NCBI GenBank assembly: GCA_043732705.1
Contig: JAYTHE010000032.1
Coordinates: forward strand, 2,005 to 66,004
Reading direction: 5' to 3'
Origin: Candidatus Omnitrophota bacterium
GTDB taxonomy: Bacteria; Omnitrophota; Omnitrophia; Omnitrophales; Aquincolibacteriaceae
Length of the DNA stretch: 64,000 bases
Both the position numbers and the translations under genes were made by a program. The notes under the pieces were generated by a model, which was given only the letters and a program-made list of their open reading frames with translations, searched no databases and had not been told where the DNA came from. The number at the start of each line of letters is the position of its first letter. Position 1 is the first letter of the stretch. This document shows, piece after piece, positions 7,213 to 16,495 of the stretch.

Positions 7213-9540
7213 ATGATTTCTACGAACGATCGATCCACATATAAAATTTTATTGGCATCCCAAGCCATTGCTTCCGATATTTTGGAAAAAGCCCTTAAAA
7301 CTGCTGAATCCGGACCGCGTTCCTTTTGGAAAGTGCTGGCCGAATCAAGCGGTTTGGGTGAATCGGGGCTTTATGAGGTTCTTTCCAGGCAAACCGGAAC
7401 GCCGTTTGTGCAGCTCAAGAAAATGACCGTTGAGGCTAAGGCACGCGAAAAAGTTCCCGTTAAAATCGCCTGGTATTATAAATTTTTTCCTTACAAAATG
7501 GAAGAAGGCAAGGTTTGGGTCGCATTTTCTCAAATTCCCGATATTTCTATTTTGGATGAAATTCGATTCGGCATCGGAATTGACGTGATGGTTGCGTTTG
7601 CGCCAGAAAAAGAAATCGAAGAAATGCTGAATAAGCATTATGGCTTGGGCGCGGATACCGTAAATAAAATTATCAGCCAGACACCCGAGTCGGAGGCTCA
7701 CCAGACTTCCAGCTCGACGCATCAGGTGGAAGACATTGAAAAGGGAGAGGATAATGCGTCTATCGCCCAGCTTGTAAATCAAATTATTCTCGAAGCTTAC
7801 AAGAAGCGTGCAAGCGACATTCATTTAGAACCTTATCGCGGCAAAGTTCGCCTCCGTTACCGTATAGACGGTGTTTTGCATGAAGCTCCCGTGCATGCTG
7901 AAATGAAAAAGTTTTTCACTTCCATTCTTTCGCGTATCAAAATCATGTCTAATTTGAACGTCGTCGAAAAACGTTTGCCGCAAGACGGAAAAATGCGAGT
8001 TAAAACCCAGGACCAAAATTTAGATTTACGTGTTTCGTCTATCCCGACCTCGCACGGTGAAAGCATGGTGATTCGAATTTTAACTGGTAAAAATGTTTGG
8101 TCGTTGGATGCGCTTGGATTTGAGCCCCAAAATCTAGCTCAAATTAAAAATCTTTTGCAAAGACCCAATGGGATTATTTTTGCGACCGGACCGACGGGAA
8201 GCGGGAAAAGCACGACGCTTTACGCTTGTTTAACCGCACTGAATTCCGAAGAACGAAAAATCATTACGATTGAAGACCCTGTGGAGTATGAATTGGAGGG
8301 CATCAGTCAGATTCAGGTTGCGAGCGACATCGGGCTGGGTTTTTCGCAAGGATTGCGCAGTGTCTTGCGTCATGATCCTGATGTCTTGATGGTGGGCGAG
8401 GTGCGGGATTTAGAGACCGCGGACATTTCCATTCGCGCCGCTTTAACGGGCCACCTTATTTTATCGACGCTGCACACGAATGACGCGGCAAGCGGAATTA
8501 CACGCTTGACGGACATCGGTGTTGAAAAATATTTGATAGCGTCGAGCGTTGTTGCTTTTATTGCGCAGCGGCTCGTCCGTGTGATTTGTCCGAAGTGCAA
8601 AGTGGTCCGGACAGATTTAGATCAAAAAATTGAAGAACAGATGATGATAAGTTTAAGAATCAGCCCGCAGGATAAAGTTCAGACTTATCAAAGCAAAGGT
8701 TGCGACGATTGTAATGGGACGGGCTTTGCAGGACGAAGAGCCATTCATGAGGTTTTGGTCATGACGGACGAAATACGAAAGCTCATCATGGATGGAGTCC
8801 CTGCCGGTGAAATCAAACGGCACGCCATGCGTAAAGGAATGGCGTCTTTGATGCAGGATGGTTTTCGGAAAGTGCTCCAAGGGATGACGACGCCCGAAGA
8901 AATTATGCGTGTTGCTCCGTCTGACCGCGAGGCGGGGGAATCAACGTATTTGTCCATGGAAGGAATGGGTATTGAACATCTTCCTATTCCAATTAAGTCT
9001 GATGCGGGAAGAGAAAGGGAGTTTTTGGCGTCGGTCGGGGATCAGGAATCGATGTTTGTTGGTGCAACTCAAAAAGAGGTTGAAAGTCAAAGAAAATACA
9101 AAAGAATAGCAATCAGTTTGCCGCTTAGTTATCGCCTGATTGAGTATCAGGCTGAACAAGTTCCGCCGTTGTCAACGATGAAAGAGGCTATTCTTAAAAA
9201 AAACTGGGAAGCGGAAGTTCAAGATATCAGTGCCGGGGGGCTTTTATTTGCAACTGAAAATTTGAGCCTTCACACTAATGAAAAAAAGTCAGAAGCAACT
9301 AATGTCAGCGTGAGCGATATTATTAATGCTGGAAGCGTCTTAGACCTTCGGATTACATTGCCGGATGGCGAAAGTCCGGTCAATTGTATCGGACGAGTTT
9401 TGCGGGTCTCACGTTCCGTGAAAAAACAGGAGTCCACCGAACAATTTATTTTCCATGTTGCCGTGCTTTTTCTTGTGATTAATAGTCATGACCGTTTAAG
9501 AATCGAAAAATTTTGTACAATGGCAGAGAAGAAATCATGA
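7213..9540 (+). CDS. gspE: Type II secretion/type IV pilus assembly ATPase (GspE/PilB) with a C-terminal PilZ domain
   Basis: ASDIHLEP, PQDG, GPTGSGKSTT, TIEDPVE, GEVRD, STLHTN and a CxxC...CxxC zinc module. The C-terminal region has the PilZ motifs RKYKR and DISAGG. Confidence 0.93.
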   Translation: MISTNDRSTYKILLASQAIASDILEKALKTAESGPRSFWKVLAESSGLGESGLYEVLSRQTGTPFVQLKKMTVEAKAREKVPVKIAWYYKFFPYKMEEGKVWVAFSQIPDISILDEIRFGIGIDVMVAFAPEKEIEEMLNKHYGLGADTVNKIISQTPESEAHQTSSSTHQVEDIEKGEDNASIAQLVNQIILEAYKKRASDIHLEPYRGKVRLRYRIDGVLHEAPVHAEMKKFFTSILSRIKIMSNLNVVEKRLPQDGKMRVKTQDQNLDLRVSSIPTSHGESMVIRILTGKNVWSLDALGFEPQNLAQIKNLLQRPNGIIFATGPTGSGKSTTLYACLTALNSEERKIITIEDPVEYELEGISQIQVASDIGLGFSQGLRSVLRHDPDVLMVGEVRDLETADISIRAALTGHLILSTLHTNDAASGITRLTDIGVEKYLIASSVVAFIAQRLVRVICPKCKVVRTDLDQKIEEQMMISLRISPQDKVQTYQSKGCDDCNGTGFAGRRAIHEVLVMTDEIRKLIMDGVPAGEIKRHAMRKGMASLMQDGFRKVLQGMTTPEEIMRVAPSDREAGESTYLSMEGMGIEHLPIPIKSDAGREREFLASVGDQESMFVGATQKEVESQRKYKRIAISLPLSYRLIEYQAEQVPPLSTMKEAILKKNWEAEVQDISAGGLLFATENLSLHTNEKKSEATNVSVSDIINAGSVLDLRITLPDGESPVNCIGRVLRVSRSVKKQESTEQFIFHVAVLFLVINSHDRLRIEKFCTMAEKKS

Positions 9541-10769
9541 AAATTTACCATTATCGCGCTAAAAAAAGCCCGACCGAAGTGAGAGAGGGAACTCTTCAAG
9601 CTGAGACTGAAGAAGAGGTCATCACGAAGGTTAATGATATGGGGTTAGTAGTGGTTCAGATTCAAGAGGTAACTGATAAGCCCGAGTCTGCGGCCTCTGC
9701 GCTTCATACCAATGAGCGCGCGCGTCCGTATCGAGGCCTATTGGGGCATGCCGTGACGCGTTTCTATAAGCAGTTTGGCCGACTCATTCAATCGGGTATC
9801 CCTATACTTCAGGCACTGAAGTTAATGGCTGATCAAACTGAAAGTGTCCGTCTCAAACATATTATTCAGGAAATCCAAAAAAATGTTGCTGAGGGGCTTC
9901 CTTTGTCACAGGCGCTATTTAAATATCCCGAGTATTTTTCCCCGTTTGACCTTGCCATGATCGAGGCCGGAGAATTGGTGGGACATTTGGACGAATCTTT
10001 GAAGCGGATAGCAATTTATCGAGATAGCCAGGAAAAACTGATGTCGAAAATCCGCGGATCGCTTGCATATCCGATTTTTGTGACGGTGGCGGGAGTCGCT
10101 GCGATTGTTTTTATGCTGTCTTTTGTGATGCCTAAGTTTAGTTTGTTTTTCTTGGATTTAGGACAAGAGCTGCCGCTTTTAACCCGGCTTTTAATCGGAG
10201 CTAGTCACATTGCAGAAAAAAGCTGGATCGGAATTTTAGGCGCGGCCGTTGTTTTATTTTTTATTTTCCGACGATCTTTACAGGCGGATGCCAAGCAAAT
10301 GGGGTGGCATCGTTTTTATTTAGGGCTTCCCAAAATCGGCCGCTTGATTGTGTATTCACAATTTTCACGATTTGCGCGAACTTTGAGCCTCTTGCTTGAA
10401 AGCGGAATTCCGCTGCTTAAAGCTTTACAGACTTCTTTGCCCGTTGTTACCAATCAAGTGATCCGCGCGCAATTACAGGTTTGCCACGCCGCGATCGTTG
10501 AGGGCGGCAGTTTTGGGGAAGCTTTGCGCCGCTCGGATCGAGTACCGGTTTTTGTGACCCAATTAATTCGAGCAGGCGAAGAGTCTGGGCGGCTGCAAGA
10601 GTCGTTGAATGATATTTCCGATTGGTATGAACAAGAGTTGCAGGAGAATGCGGAAGTTTTAACCAAACTTTTGGAACCGATTTTAATTTTAGCGGTAGGA
10701 GCGATCTTAGGGCTGATGGTGATTGCGGTGCTGCTTCCCATTTTTAGCATGAATGCGGCGGTTTCTTAA
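9537..10769 (+). CDS. gspF: Type II secretion/type IV pilus platform protein GspF/PilC
   Basis: Two repeated cytoplasmic domains (SGIPILQAL/SGIPLLKAL, AGELVGHL/AGEESGRL), LAYP and LLEP. The start overlaps the gspE stop. Confidence 0.93.
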   Translation: MKIYHYRAKKSPTEVREGTLQAETEEEVITKVNDMGLVVVQIQEVTDKPESAASALHTNERARPYRGLLGHAVTRFYKQFGRLIQSGIPILQALKLMADQTESVRLKHIIQEIQKNVAEGLPLSQALFKYPEYFSPFDLAMIEAGELVGHLDESLKRIAIYRDSQEKLMSKIRGSLAYPIFVTVAGVAAIVFMLSFVMPKFSLFFLDLGQELPLLTRLLIGASHIAEKSWIGILGAAVVLFFIFRRSLQADAKQMGWHRFYLGLPKIGRLIVYSQFSRFARTLSLLLESGIPLLKALQTSLPVVTNQVIRAQLQVCHAAIVEGGSFGEALRRSDRVPVFVTQLIRAGEESGRLQESLNDISDWYEQELQENAEVLTKLLEPILILAVGAILGLMVIAVLLPIFSMNAAVS

Positions 10770-10777
10770 GTTATTCT

Positions 10778-10878
10778 GCCTCTGCGCGAGTAACCGATAC
10801 TGTGATAATTAAAGCCTCTACGCAAAAGCGCAACCGGCACGATCATAATGAATGCCTCTGCGCAAGCGCAACCGGCAA
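10778..10878 (-). repeat. Three degenerate tandem copies of a small hairpin repeat (CGGTT-stem-loop-AGAGGC on the - strand)
   Basis: gcctctgcgcgagtaaccg, gcctctacgcaaaagcgcaaccggc and gcctctgcgcaagcgcaaccggc, at a period of about 36-40 nt. Confidence 0.7.
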
Positions 10879-10888
10879 AAAGGAGTAT

Positions 10889-11317
10889 ATGAAAATGAAA
10901 GACTTTAAAGAACGAGGATTTACGCTGATTGAGATTTTATTGGTGGTCATTATTATCAGTACGCTTTCGGCAATGGTTTTACCGCGCCTCGTAGGCCGTT
11001 CCGACCAGGCGCGTGTCGCGACGGCGAAAGCGGACGTTCAAGTTAATATTCCTTCGGCATTAAAGCTATACGAACTTGATAATGGATTTTTTCCGTCAAC
11101 GGAGCAAGGGCTTCAGGCGTTATTTTCGAAGTCGGCGACGCAGCCAGTCCCGGAAAATTGGAATGGACCCTATTTAGAAAGAAAACCTATTGATCCTTGG
11201 GGGCGGCCTTACCAATATTTATCGCCCGGAATTAATCGTCCGCATGATTATGATTTATTTTCCATGGGGAAAGTCGCGGATCCAAAAAAGACGGAAGATG
11301 ATATTACAAATTGGTGA
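10889..11317 (+). CDS. gspG: Major pseudopilin GspG
   Basis: AAGGAG RBS, prepilin site GFTLIE, and the GspG motifs YELDNG, WNGPY, DPWGRPY and DITNW. Confidence 0.93.
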   Translation: MKMKDFKERGFTLIEILLVVIIISTLSAMVLPRLVGRSDQARVATAKADVQVNIPSALKLYELDNGFFPSTEQGLQALFSKSATQPVPENWNGPYLERKPIDPWGRPYQYLSPGINRPHDYDLFSMGKVADPKKTEDDITNW

Positions 11318-11321
11318 CCGG

Positions 11322-11729
11322 GTGAAATTAAAACCGAAAAGAAAAATAAAAGGTTTTACGCTGATCGAAGTGCTGCTCAGCGTAATGATTCTTTCTTTCG
11401 GTTTGATTACGGTGAATCAAATACTTTTACGTTCATTAAGCATTTTGAGCTATTCACAAACACGTTTTCAAGCCAACCGGGTCTTAGAAAATAAAATTTT
11501 TGAAATTCAAAATCAAACGTGGCATCAAAAACAAGCGCCCTCCTCCCGCGAGGACGGAGTTTTGCTTGGGGACCGCAAAACATTTTCATATAAAATGCAA
11601 TCCGTCAGCGTAAGAGGATCGAAATTTTTATATGAAATTCGTATGGCAATTCATTGGCTTGAATCCGGAAAAGAAAAAGGACTGACGCGAACATTTTATG
11701 CCCGCCTTCCGTACACCCCCCCAGTCTAA
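11322..11729 (+). CDS. Minor pseudopilin (GspI-like)
   Basis: Probable GTG start, with KGFTLIEVLL prepilin motif and a hydrophobic helix. Confidence 0.8.
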   Translation: MKLKPKRKIKGFTLIEVLLSVMILSFGLITVNQILLRSLSILSYSQTRFQANRVLENKIFEIQNQTWHQKQAPSSREDGVLLGDRKTFSYKMQSVSVRGSKFLYEIRMAIHWLESGKEKGLTRTFYARLPYTPPV

Positions 11730-12339
11730 ATCCGGTTTTACACTGATCGAGCTATTAGTCTCGATGGTTATTGCCGTGTTTGTTGGCGGGGCAATTTTTG
11801 TGACTTTTGCGCAGGGCATTCGGATTTGGCAGGCGGCGGTACGGGAAAGTCAGCATGGCAAAGAAGAGTTTTTCTTCGAAGAGCTGAAATCAGAATTACG
11901 CAATGCTTTCCTCTATAAGAAGTCAGCATTAAATGGACAGAGCCAAATGTTTGAATTTCACACTTTGGCAGCGCAGTTACGCGGAAAAAATAAAAACCAA
12001 AAAATTTGGAAAGTCCCGGCGCAAATTCGTTACCGTTTTGATCCGAGTCAGAAACTCATTCGGAAAGAAGTTACTTTTTATGAGAAGATGCTGACAGAAA
12101 AGGGTGGGGTGGATCAAACCCGGGTTGTTCTTGAGGCTGTCACGGATGTAAATATAGAGTATTATCGACACCCGAAGAAAGGTTCGTCGGCAAGTTGGGT
12201 GCGTCATTGGAGCGACACTTGTTTTCCGGAGGCGGTTAAAATTACAATTGAAACTGAATCCGGCCCTAAGATGAAAGAAGTTCGAATTGTGTCAATTCCC
12301 GCAACTGGGGAATGCACAGAAGAGGAAAGTGCGGTATGA
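11698..12339 (+). CDS. Minor pseudopilin (GspJ-like)
   Basis: SGFTLIELLVS prepilin motif. The C-terminal W..W...PEAVKITI segment is typical of GspJ. Confidence 0.8.
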   Translation: MPAFRTPPQSKSGFTLIELLVSMVIAVFVGGAIFVTFAQGIRIWQAAVRESQHGKEEFFFEELKSELRNAFLYKKSALNGQSQMFEFHTLAAQLRGKNKNQKIWKVPAQIRYRFDPSQKLIRKEVTFYEKMLTEKGGVDQTRVVLEAVTDVNIEYYRHPKKGSSASWVRHWSDTCFPEAVKITIETESGPKMKEVRIVSIPATGECTEEESAV

Positions 12340-13880
12340 GTTTTTGGGAAAAAGCAAAAGACTGTTTAGCGGTTGATTTCTCCGGAAATCAAATGAAGAT
12401 TTTACGTGGTCAGTCCGTAAGCGGAAAAATTGTATTTAAAGACATCTTTTTTAAAAAGTTTTCGCAGGCATCCGATGCGGAAATGATGCGCGAAGTCCTG
12501 CAGTACTTTAAGAAGAATCGTATTTCCACGAAACAAGTTATCTGCACCATTCCTTCAAAATTATTTATCTCTAAAAATGTAGAAATTCCATCGACTGAAA
12601 AAGAAGAGATTGCAAAAATCATTGATTTGCAGGCGGGACGGTTTACCCCTTATTCCCGGGACGAAATTGTGATCGATTTTCTCTGTATGGAAACACCGAC
12701 TCAACATTACACCAGTGTTTTGCTTGTCATTGTTAACCGTACTTTAGTAGACCGCTATTGCCGAATTTTTGAAGATATCGGAATTCCGATTAAGATTATG
12801 ATTGCCTCAGAGGCAATGGTGCTAACCTACCGGGACTTACTGGCGGGTTCTGCGAATAGCTCGGCTGCCCTGGGCGGGCTTTGCATCGGAGAAGACTCGA
12901 CGGATTTTACGGTGATGGACCATAATCAAATGGTTTTTGTGCGTAGTTTGCCGGTTGGCGAGGAGCATTTTCAAGCCGGAAAGGATCTGGCTTCTGCGGA
13001 ATTGATTAAGGAGCTCAATAAATCTCTCTCGGCGTATCAAGACCAGGGGGTAGGAAAACCGGTTAAATCACTTATTTTGACGGGTTTTATTGACGATCCG
13101 AACGGCTTAAAGGCTATGCTGCTAGCCGGTTGTCCTATTTTACAGCGTTTTGAAACAGCTGTGACGACCTTCGGTAAGGCATCTCAGCAATTATTTCAAA
13201 TTAGTGAACAGGCTCTTCAAAAAATAGATAAAGTGAAGCCTGCGTCTTTTATTGAATTGATGATGGTGCTTTCCAAATCTGAGCAGGCGCAAATCGATTT
13301 AATTCCCAAGGAAATTAAGCTTAAGCGCGGTTTCCGCGAACAAAGCCATGAGATTACGAGCTTGGGAATCACGATCATGACAATCTTTATTGTGCTCAGC
13401 CTTTTTCTCTACACCAAAATTTATTTCAAAAATACGCGCATGCAAAAAATAGAGGCCGCCGGCAAAGCCACATTTGACGACGCGCGCATGCTAGAGCGAA
13501 TTTCAACGAAGAACCGGGTGGTACGAAAAATTTTAAAAACACGCGGTAAAGGACTTTCAGCGTTTGATGAGGTAACGGGTTTATTAGGGGAGTCGACCTA
13601 TCTTTCACATATGGGATATGACATTGACGGCAAAATCACTTTAGGCGGAACGGCAGAATCCATGTCCCAGGTGTTTGCCCTGGTGAACCGGCTAGAGGCT
13701 TCGAATCATTATCTGAGCGTCAAAGCGACAGAAACAAAATCACGCCGCGAAGGGACGAAGGACGTCGCGGACTTTGAAATTGTTTGTATTCTGCCGGAAA
13801 GTATCGCGGCAGAGAAATGGGAAGATGAAAAGTCAGGGAAATCAACCGCGTCGACAAGTTCGGAAAAACCCGGCGAATAA
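12336..13880 (+). CDS. PilM-PilN fusion / GspL-like alignment protein
   Basis: Actin-like PilM features (AVDFSG, FVRSLPVG, LILTG), then IDLIP, a TM helix and a periplasmic PilN-like domain (ITLGGTA..V..L). Confidence 0.8.
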   Translation: MSFWEKAKDCLAVDFSGNQMKILRGQSVSGKIVFKDIFFKKFSQASDAEMMREVLQYFKKNRISTKQVICTIPSKLFISKNVEIPSTEKEEIAKIIDLQAGRFTPYSRDEIVIDFLCMETPTQHYTSVLLVIVNRTLVDRYCRIFEDIGIPIKIMIASEAMVLTYRDLLAGSANSSAALGGLCIGEDSTDFTVMDHNQMVFVRSLPVGEEHFQAGKDLASAELIKELNKSLSAYQDQGVGKPVKSLILTGFIDDPNGLKAMLLAGCPILQRFETAVTTFGKASQQLFQISEQALQKIDKVKPASFIELMMVLSKSEQAQIDLIPKEIKLKRGFREQSHEITSLGITIMTIFIVLSLFLYTKIYFKNTRMQKIEAAGKATFDDARMLERISTKNRVVRKILKTRGKGLSAFDEVTGLLGESTYLSHMGYDIDGKITLGGTAESMSQVFALVNRLEASNHYLSVKATETKSRREGTKDVADFEIVCILPESIAAEKWEDEKSGKSTASTSSEKPGE

Positions 13881-13895
13881 TAAGGTTAGGGCTTG

Positions 13896-14594
13896 ATGGC
13901 AAATAAAAAATTTAATATAGGTGAGTTTCTTGGTCAGCGCACCAAAGGCGAAAAGACGCTGGGGCTGGCGGCTGCTATTACTGTTTTTGCGGGATTGATG
14001 TATGGCGTGGTGATCGGCCCGATTTTGACAAAAATGAATGCTATCGACACGGATATTTCAACCAGCCGCGATGAAATTCGCCGCGACAGACGTATTTTAT
14101 CGTTTAAAAATCGAATATTAGAAGAGTATTCCAAGTCTAATTCATATCTGGACTCAACGCAAAAAAGTTCGGAGGAAATTATCGCGACATTGCTCAAAAA
14201 AATTGAGGGTGTCGCAAAGGATAATTCAATTACTGTGAAGGACATTCGCCCCGGAGAAACCGAAATGAAGCCGCAGTTTAAAGTTTATAAAACAAGCATG
14301 GATTGCGAGGGTACTCTCACTAACTTATTGGCTTTAATGAATACACTTGAACAGTCAGACTATCTTTTCCAAATTACTCGCTACAGCTTGGAGCCAAAAT
14401 CAAAAGGCGCGGATATATTGAAAGCCACTCTCGATATCGCCCGTTATCTGATTCCCGCTGAAAAAATCGAGGCTTCCATGCTGGAGACGAACAATATGCC
14501 CGCCGTGCCTGCGGACTCCCCGGCAACGGAAACATCCGAAGTCCCGGCATTTCCGGATATGCCCGGCGATGAACCCAAGCCCAAAAATTCATGA
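13896..14594 (+). CDS. PilO/GspM-like protein
   Basis: N-terminal TM, coiled coil and a ferredoxin-like C-domain (CEGTLTNLLALMNTLE), following PilM-N. Confidence 0.75.
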   Translation: MANKKFNIGEFLGQRTKGEKTLGLAAAITVFAGLMYGVVIGPILTKMNAIDTDISTSRDEIRRDRRILSFKNRILEEYSKSNSYLDSTQKSSEEIIATLLKKIEGVAKDNSITVKDIRPGETEMKPQFKVYKTSMDCEGTLTNLLALMNTLEQSDYLFQITRYSLEPKSKGADILKATLDIARYLIPAEKIEASMLETNNMPAVPADSPATETSEVPAFPDMPGDEPKPKNS

Positions 14595-15412
14595 ACAAAA
14601 AACGGCTCTTTTTTATTTCTTTTTTTCTTTGCGTAAATTTTATTTTTCCGGTCACCCTGTTTGCGGATCCTGCCGCGCCCGTGGATTCCTCAAGTAATTA
14701 CGAAAAAGCGGTATCCTTTTTAAAAGAAGACCAATACGATTCAGCTATTGAATTTTTTCAAAAAGCATTGCAAGAGGATCACGGCCCCGCCGAACAAGCG
14801 CGGATTTATAATTTGATCGGATTAGCCTATCTCAAGCAAGGTGTTTCAACATCAAGCGCAGTTGGTTCTTTTGAGCAGGCGATTAAACTTGATCCGCAAT
14901 TTGCCGAAGCCTATTTTAATATTGCGAGCGCTTATGCCGGTAATAACGCGCAGACCGAAAAGGCAGCGGAGTATTTTCAGAAAACGATTGAAATTGACCC
15001 GCATTTTTTTAAGGCTTATTTTGGGTTGGGTTGGTTTACTTTGATGCAAAAGGATGATCCCGCTAAGGCCGCTGAATATTTTCAAAAGACCCTGGACCAA
15101 TATCCAGAATTTGCTGAGGCTTATTATGGGATGGGCTTGGCTTATATTCGCACCCACAAACCACATATGGCTTTAGGCGCGGTCTCACAGTTGCGTGGTT
15201 TGAAGCGTGATGATTTAGCCGCGGTTTTGGAGCAGGCGATCAAGGACGTTTCTCCGCCGGCGGATTCAGGAACGCCGGCACCAGCGCAAGCGGTAAGAGG
15301 TGCCCCGGCTACTGCTGCGCCGCAACAGCAGGAAACCGCCCGTCCTAAAGCGCATTCGCCGTTTGAGATGGTGATGAAGGGCCGGCTGACCCCGCCTAAA
15401 AAATCCTCATAG
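14591..15412 (+). CDS. Exported TPR protein
   Basis: Signal peptide, repeated AEAYFN/KAYFGLG/AEAYYGMG TPR motifs, and a Pro/Ala-rich tail. Confidence 0.85.
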   Translation: MNKKRLFFISFFLCVNFIFPVTLFADPAAPVDSSSNYEKAVSFLKEDQYDSAIEFFQKALQEDHGPAEQARIYNLIGLAYLKQGVSTSSAVGSFEQAIKLDPQFAEAYFNIASAYAGNNAQTEKAAEYFQKTIEIDPHFFKAYFGLGWFTLMQKDDPAKAAEYFQKTLDQYPEFAEAYYGMGLAYIRTHKPHMALGAVSQLRGLKRDDLAAVLEQAIKDVSPPADSGTPAPAQAVRGAPATAAPQQQETARPKAHSPFEMVMKGRLTPPKKSS

Positions 15413-15419
15413 ACCTAAG

Positions 15420-15767
15420 CTAGTCTTTTTTAATTTTTTTCAGTTGATGCTCGAGTTGAGCAACTGCCTGAGCCAAAGATTCCGTGCGGGAGTTTTGCTC
15501 GTTGATATAAAGCGTTAAATGTAAACTGAGAAAAATAACGAAAACAAGCAGCATAAAGAAAATAAAATTACTCGGCAAACTGAAACCCGCCCAATTTGAA
15601 ATTTGAACGAGCAAGCTGTTATTGAACGCAAAAAATAAAGCCACTCCGCAGCCGATAAACCAGTTTGCGGCATATTTAAATGTCATTTTTTCACGGCGTA
15701 TGAGATCTACCACGGCCGCAACGATAATGAGCGCAATGACAATAATCAGGAACTTAGTTTGCATGTT
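15420..15767 (-). CDS. DUF2304-like small membrane protein (GacJ-type partner of a polyprenyl-phosphate glycosyltransferase)
   Basis: Three TM helices and a C-terminal LAQAVA helix. It overlaps the upstream GT2 gene. Confidence 0.75.
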   Translation of the reverse strand, partial: NMQTKFLIIVIALIIVAAVVDLIRREKMTFKYAANWFIGCGVALFFAFNNSLLVQISNWAGFSLPSNFIFFMLLVFVIFLSLHLTLYINEQNSRTESLAQAVAQLEHQLKKIKKD

Positions 15768-16479
15768 TGGATATCTCCGGTTTTTTCTTAAGAGCATCGA
15801 TTAGAATGGCAAGTGTTACTTTCAGCATATAATAGAGCGTCGCTAAATAGCGGATGGACGATTGTCCGCCGCGCCGCTCGCGCATTTGGACGGGAATTTC
15901 ACCGATCCGGGACCTGTGGCGCCGCGCTATTTTAATTGCTTCCGGTTCCGGAAAATCAATAGGATAATACTCGGCAAAGCGGCATATCAGGTTGCGGTTG
16001 CAGGCTCTGAATCCCGAGGTTGGGTCCGTGAGGTAGAGGCCTGTCATTAATTTGAGCAGACTACAGAAAAAGCGGATGCCCAGGCGCCGCATCCATGTGG
16101 ATTTAAATGAGTCATCATGAATAATGAAACGGCTGCCGATACAGAGATCCAAATGATTGTCGAGAAGAGGCTGAATGATTTCTTTTAAATAACGCGGATC
16201 ATGCTGGCCGTCGCCGTCAATTTGAACCGCAATGTCATAGCCCATTTCGGCCGCAATTTTGTAGCCGGTTTGGACAGCGCCGCCGATTCCCATATTAAAG
16301 GGCAGGGTCACGACATCGGCGCCGGCTTTGAGAGCCTCAATCTCGGTTTGATCGCGGGATTGATCATTGATGACTAAAATATCGGCAAAAGAAGCGGCCA
16401 AGCGAATTTCCGAGATAAGTCCGGCAATCGCTTTTTCCTCGTTGTAAGCGGGAATAATAATTAAAATTTTAGAGGACAT
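15754..16479 (-). CDS. GT2 polyprenyl-phosphate glycosyltransferase (DPM1/GacI-like)
   Basis: IIPAYNEE, NDQSRD, DGDGQH, GSRF, DPTSGFR and RRGGQS. Confidence 0.9.
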   Translation of the reverse strand: MSSKILIIIPAYNEEKAIAGLISEIRLAASFADILVINDQSRDQTEIEALKAGADVVTLPFNMGIGGAVQTGYKIAAEMGYDIAVQIDGDGQHDPRYLKEIIQPLLDNHLDLCIGSRFIIHDDSFKSTWMRRLGIRFFCSLLKLMTGLYLTDPTSGFRACNRNLICRFAEYYPIDFPEPEAIKIARRHRSRIGEIPVQMRERRGGQSSIRYLATLYYMLKVTLAILIDALKKKPEISKHAN

Positions 16480-16495
16480 AGGAAAAATTGAGTAA

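Noticed and set aside
10778-10878. CRISPR-like periodic repeats here and at 30807-30917
   Set aside because: Only three degenerate copies with very short intervening segments, and no cas genes in the window.
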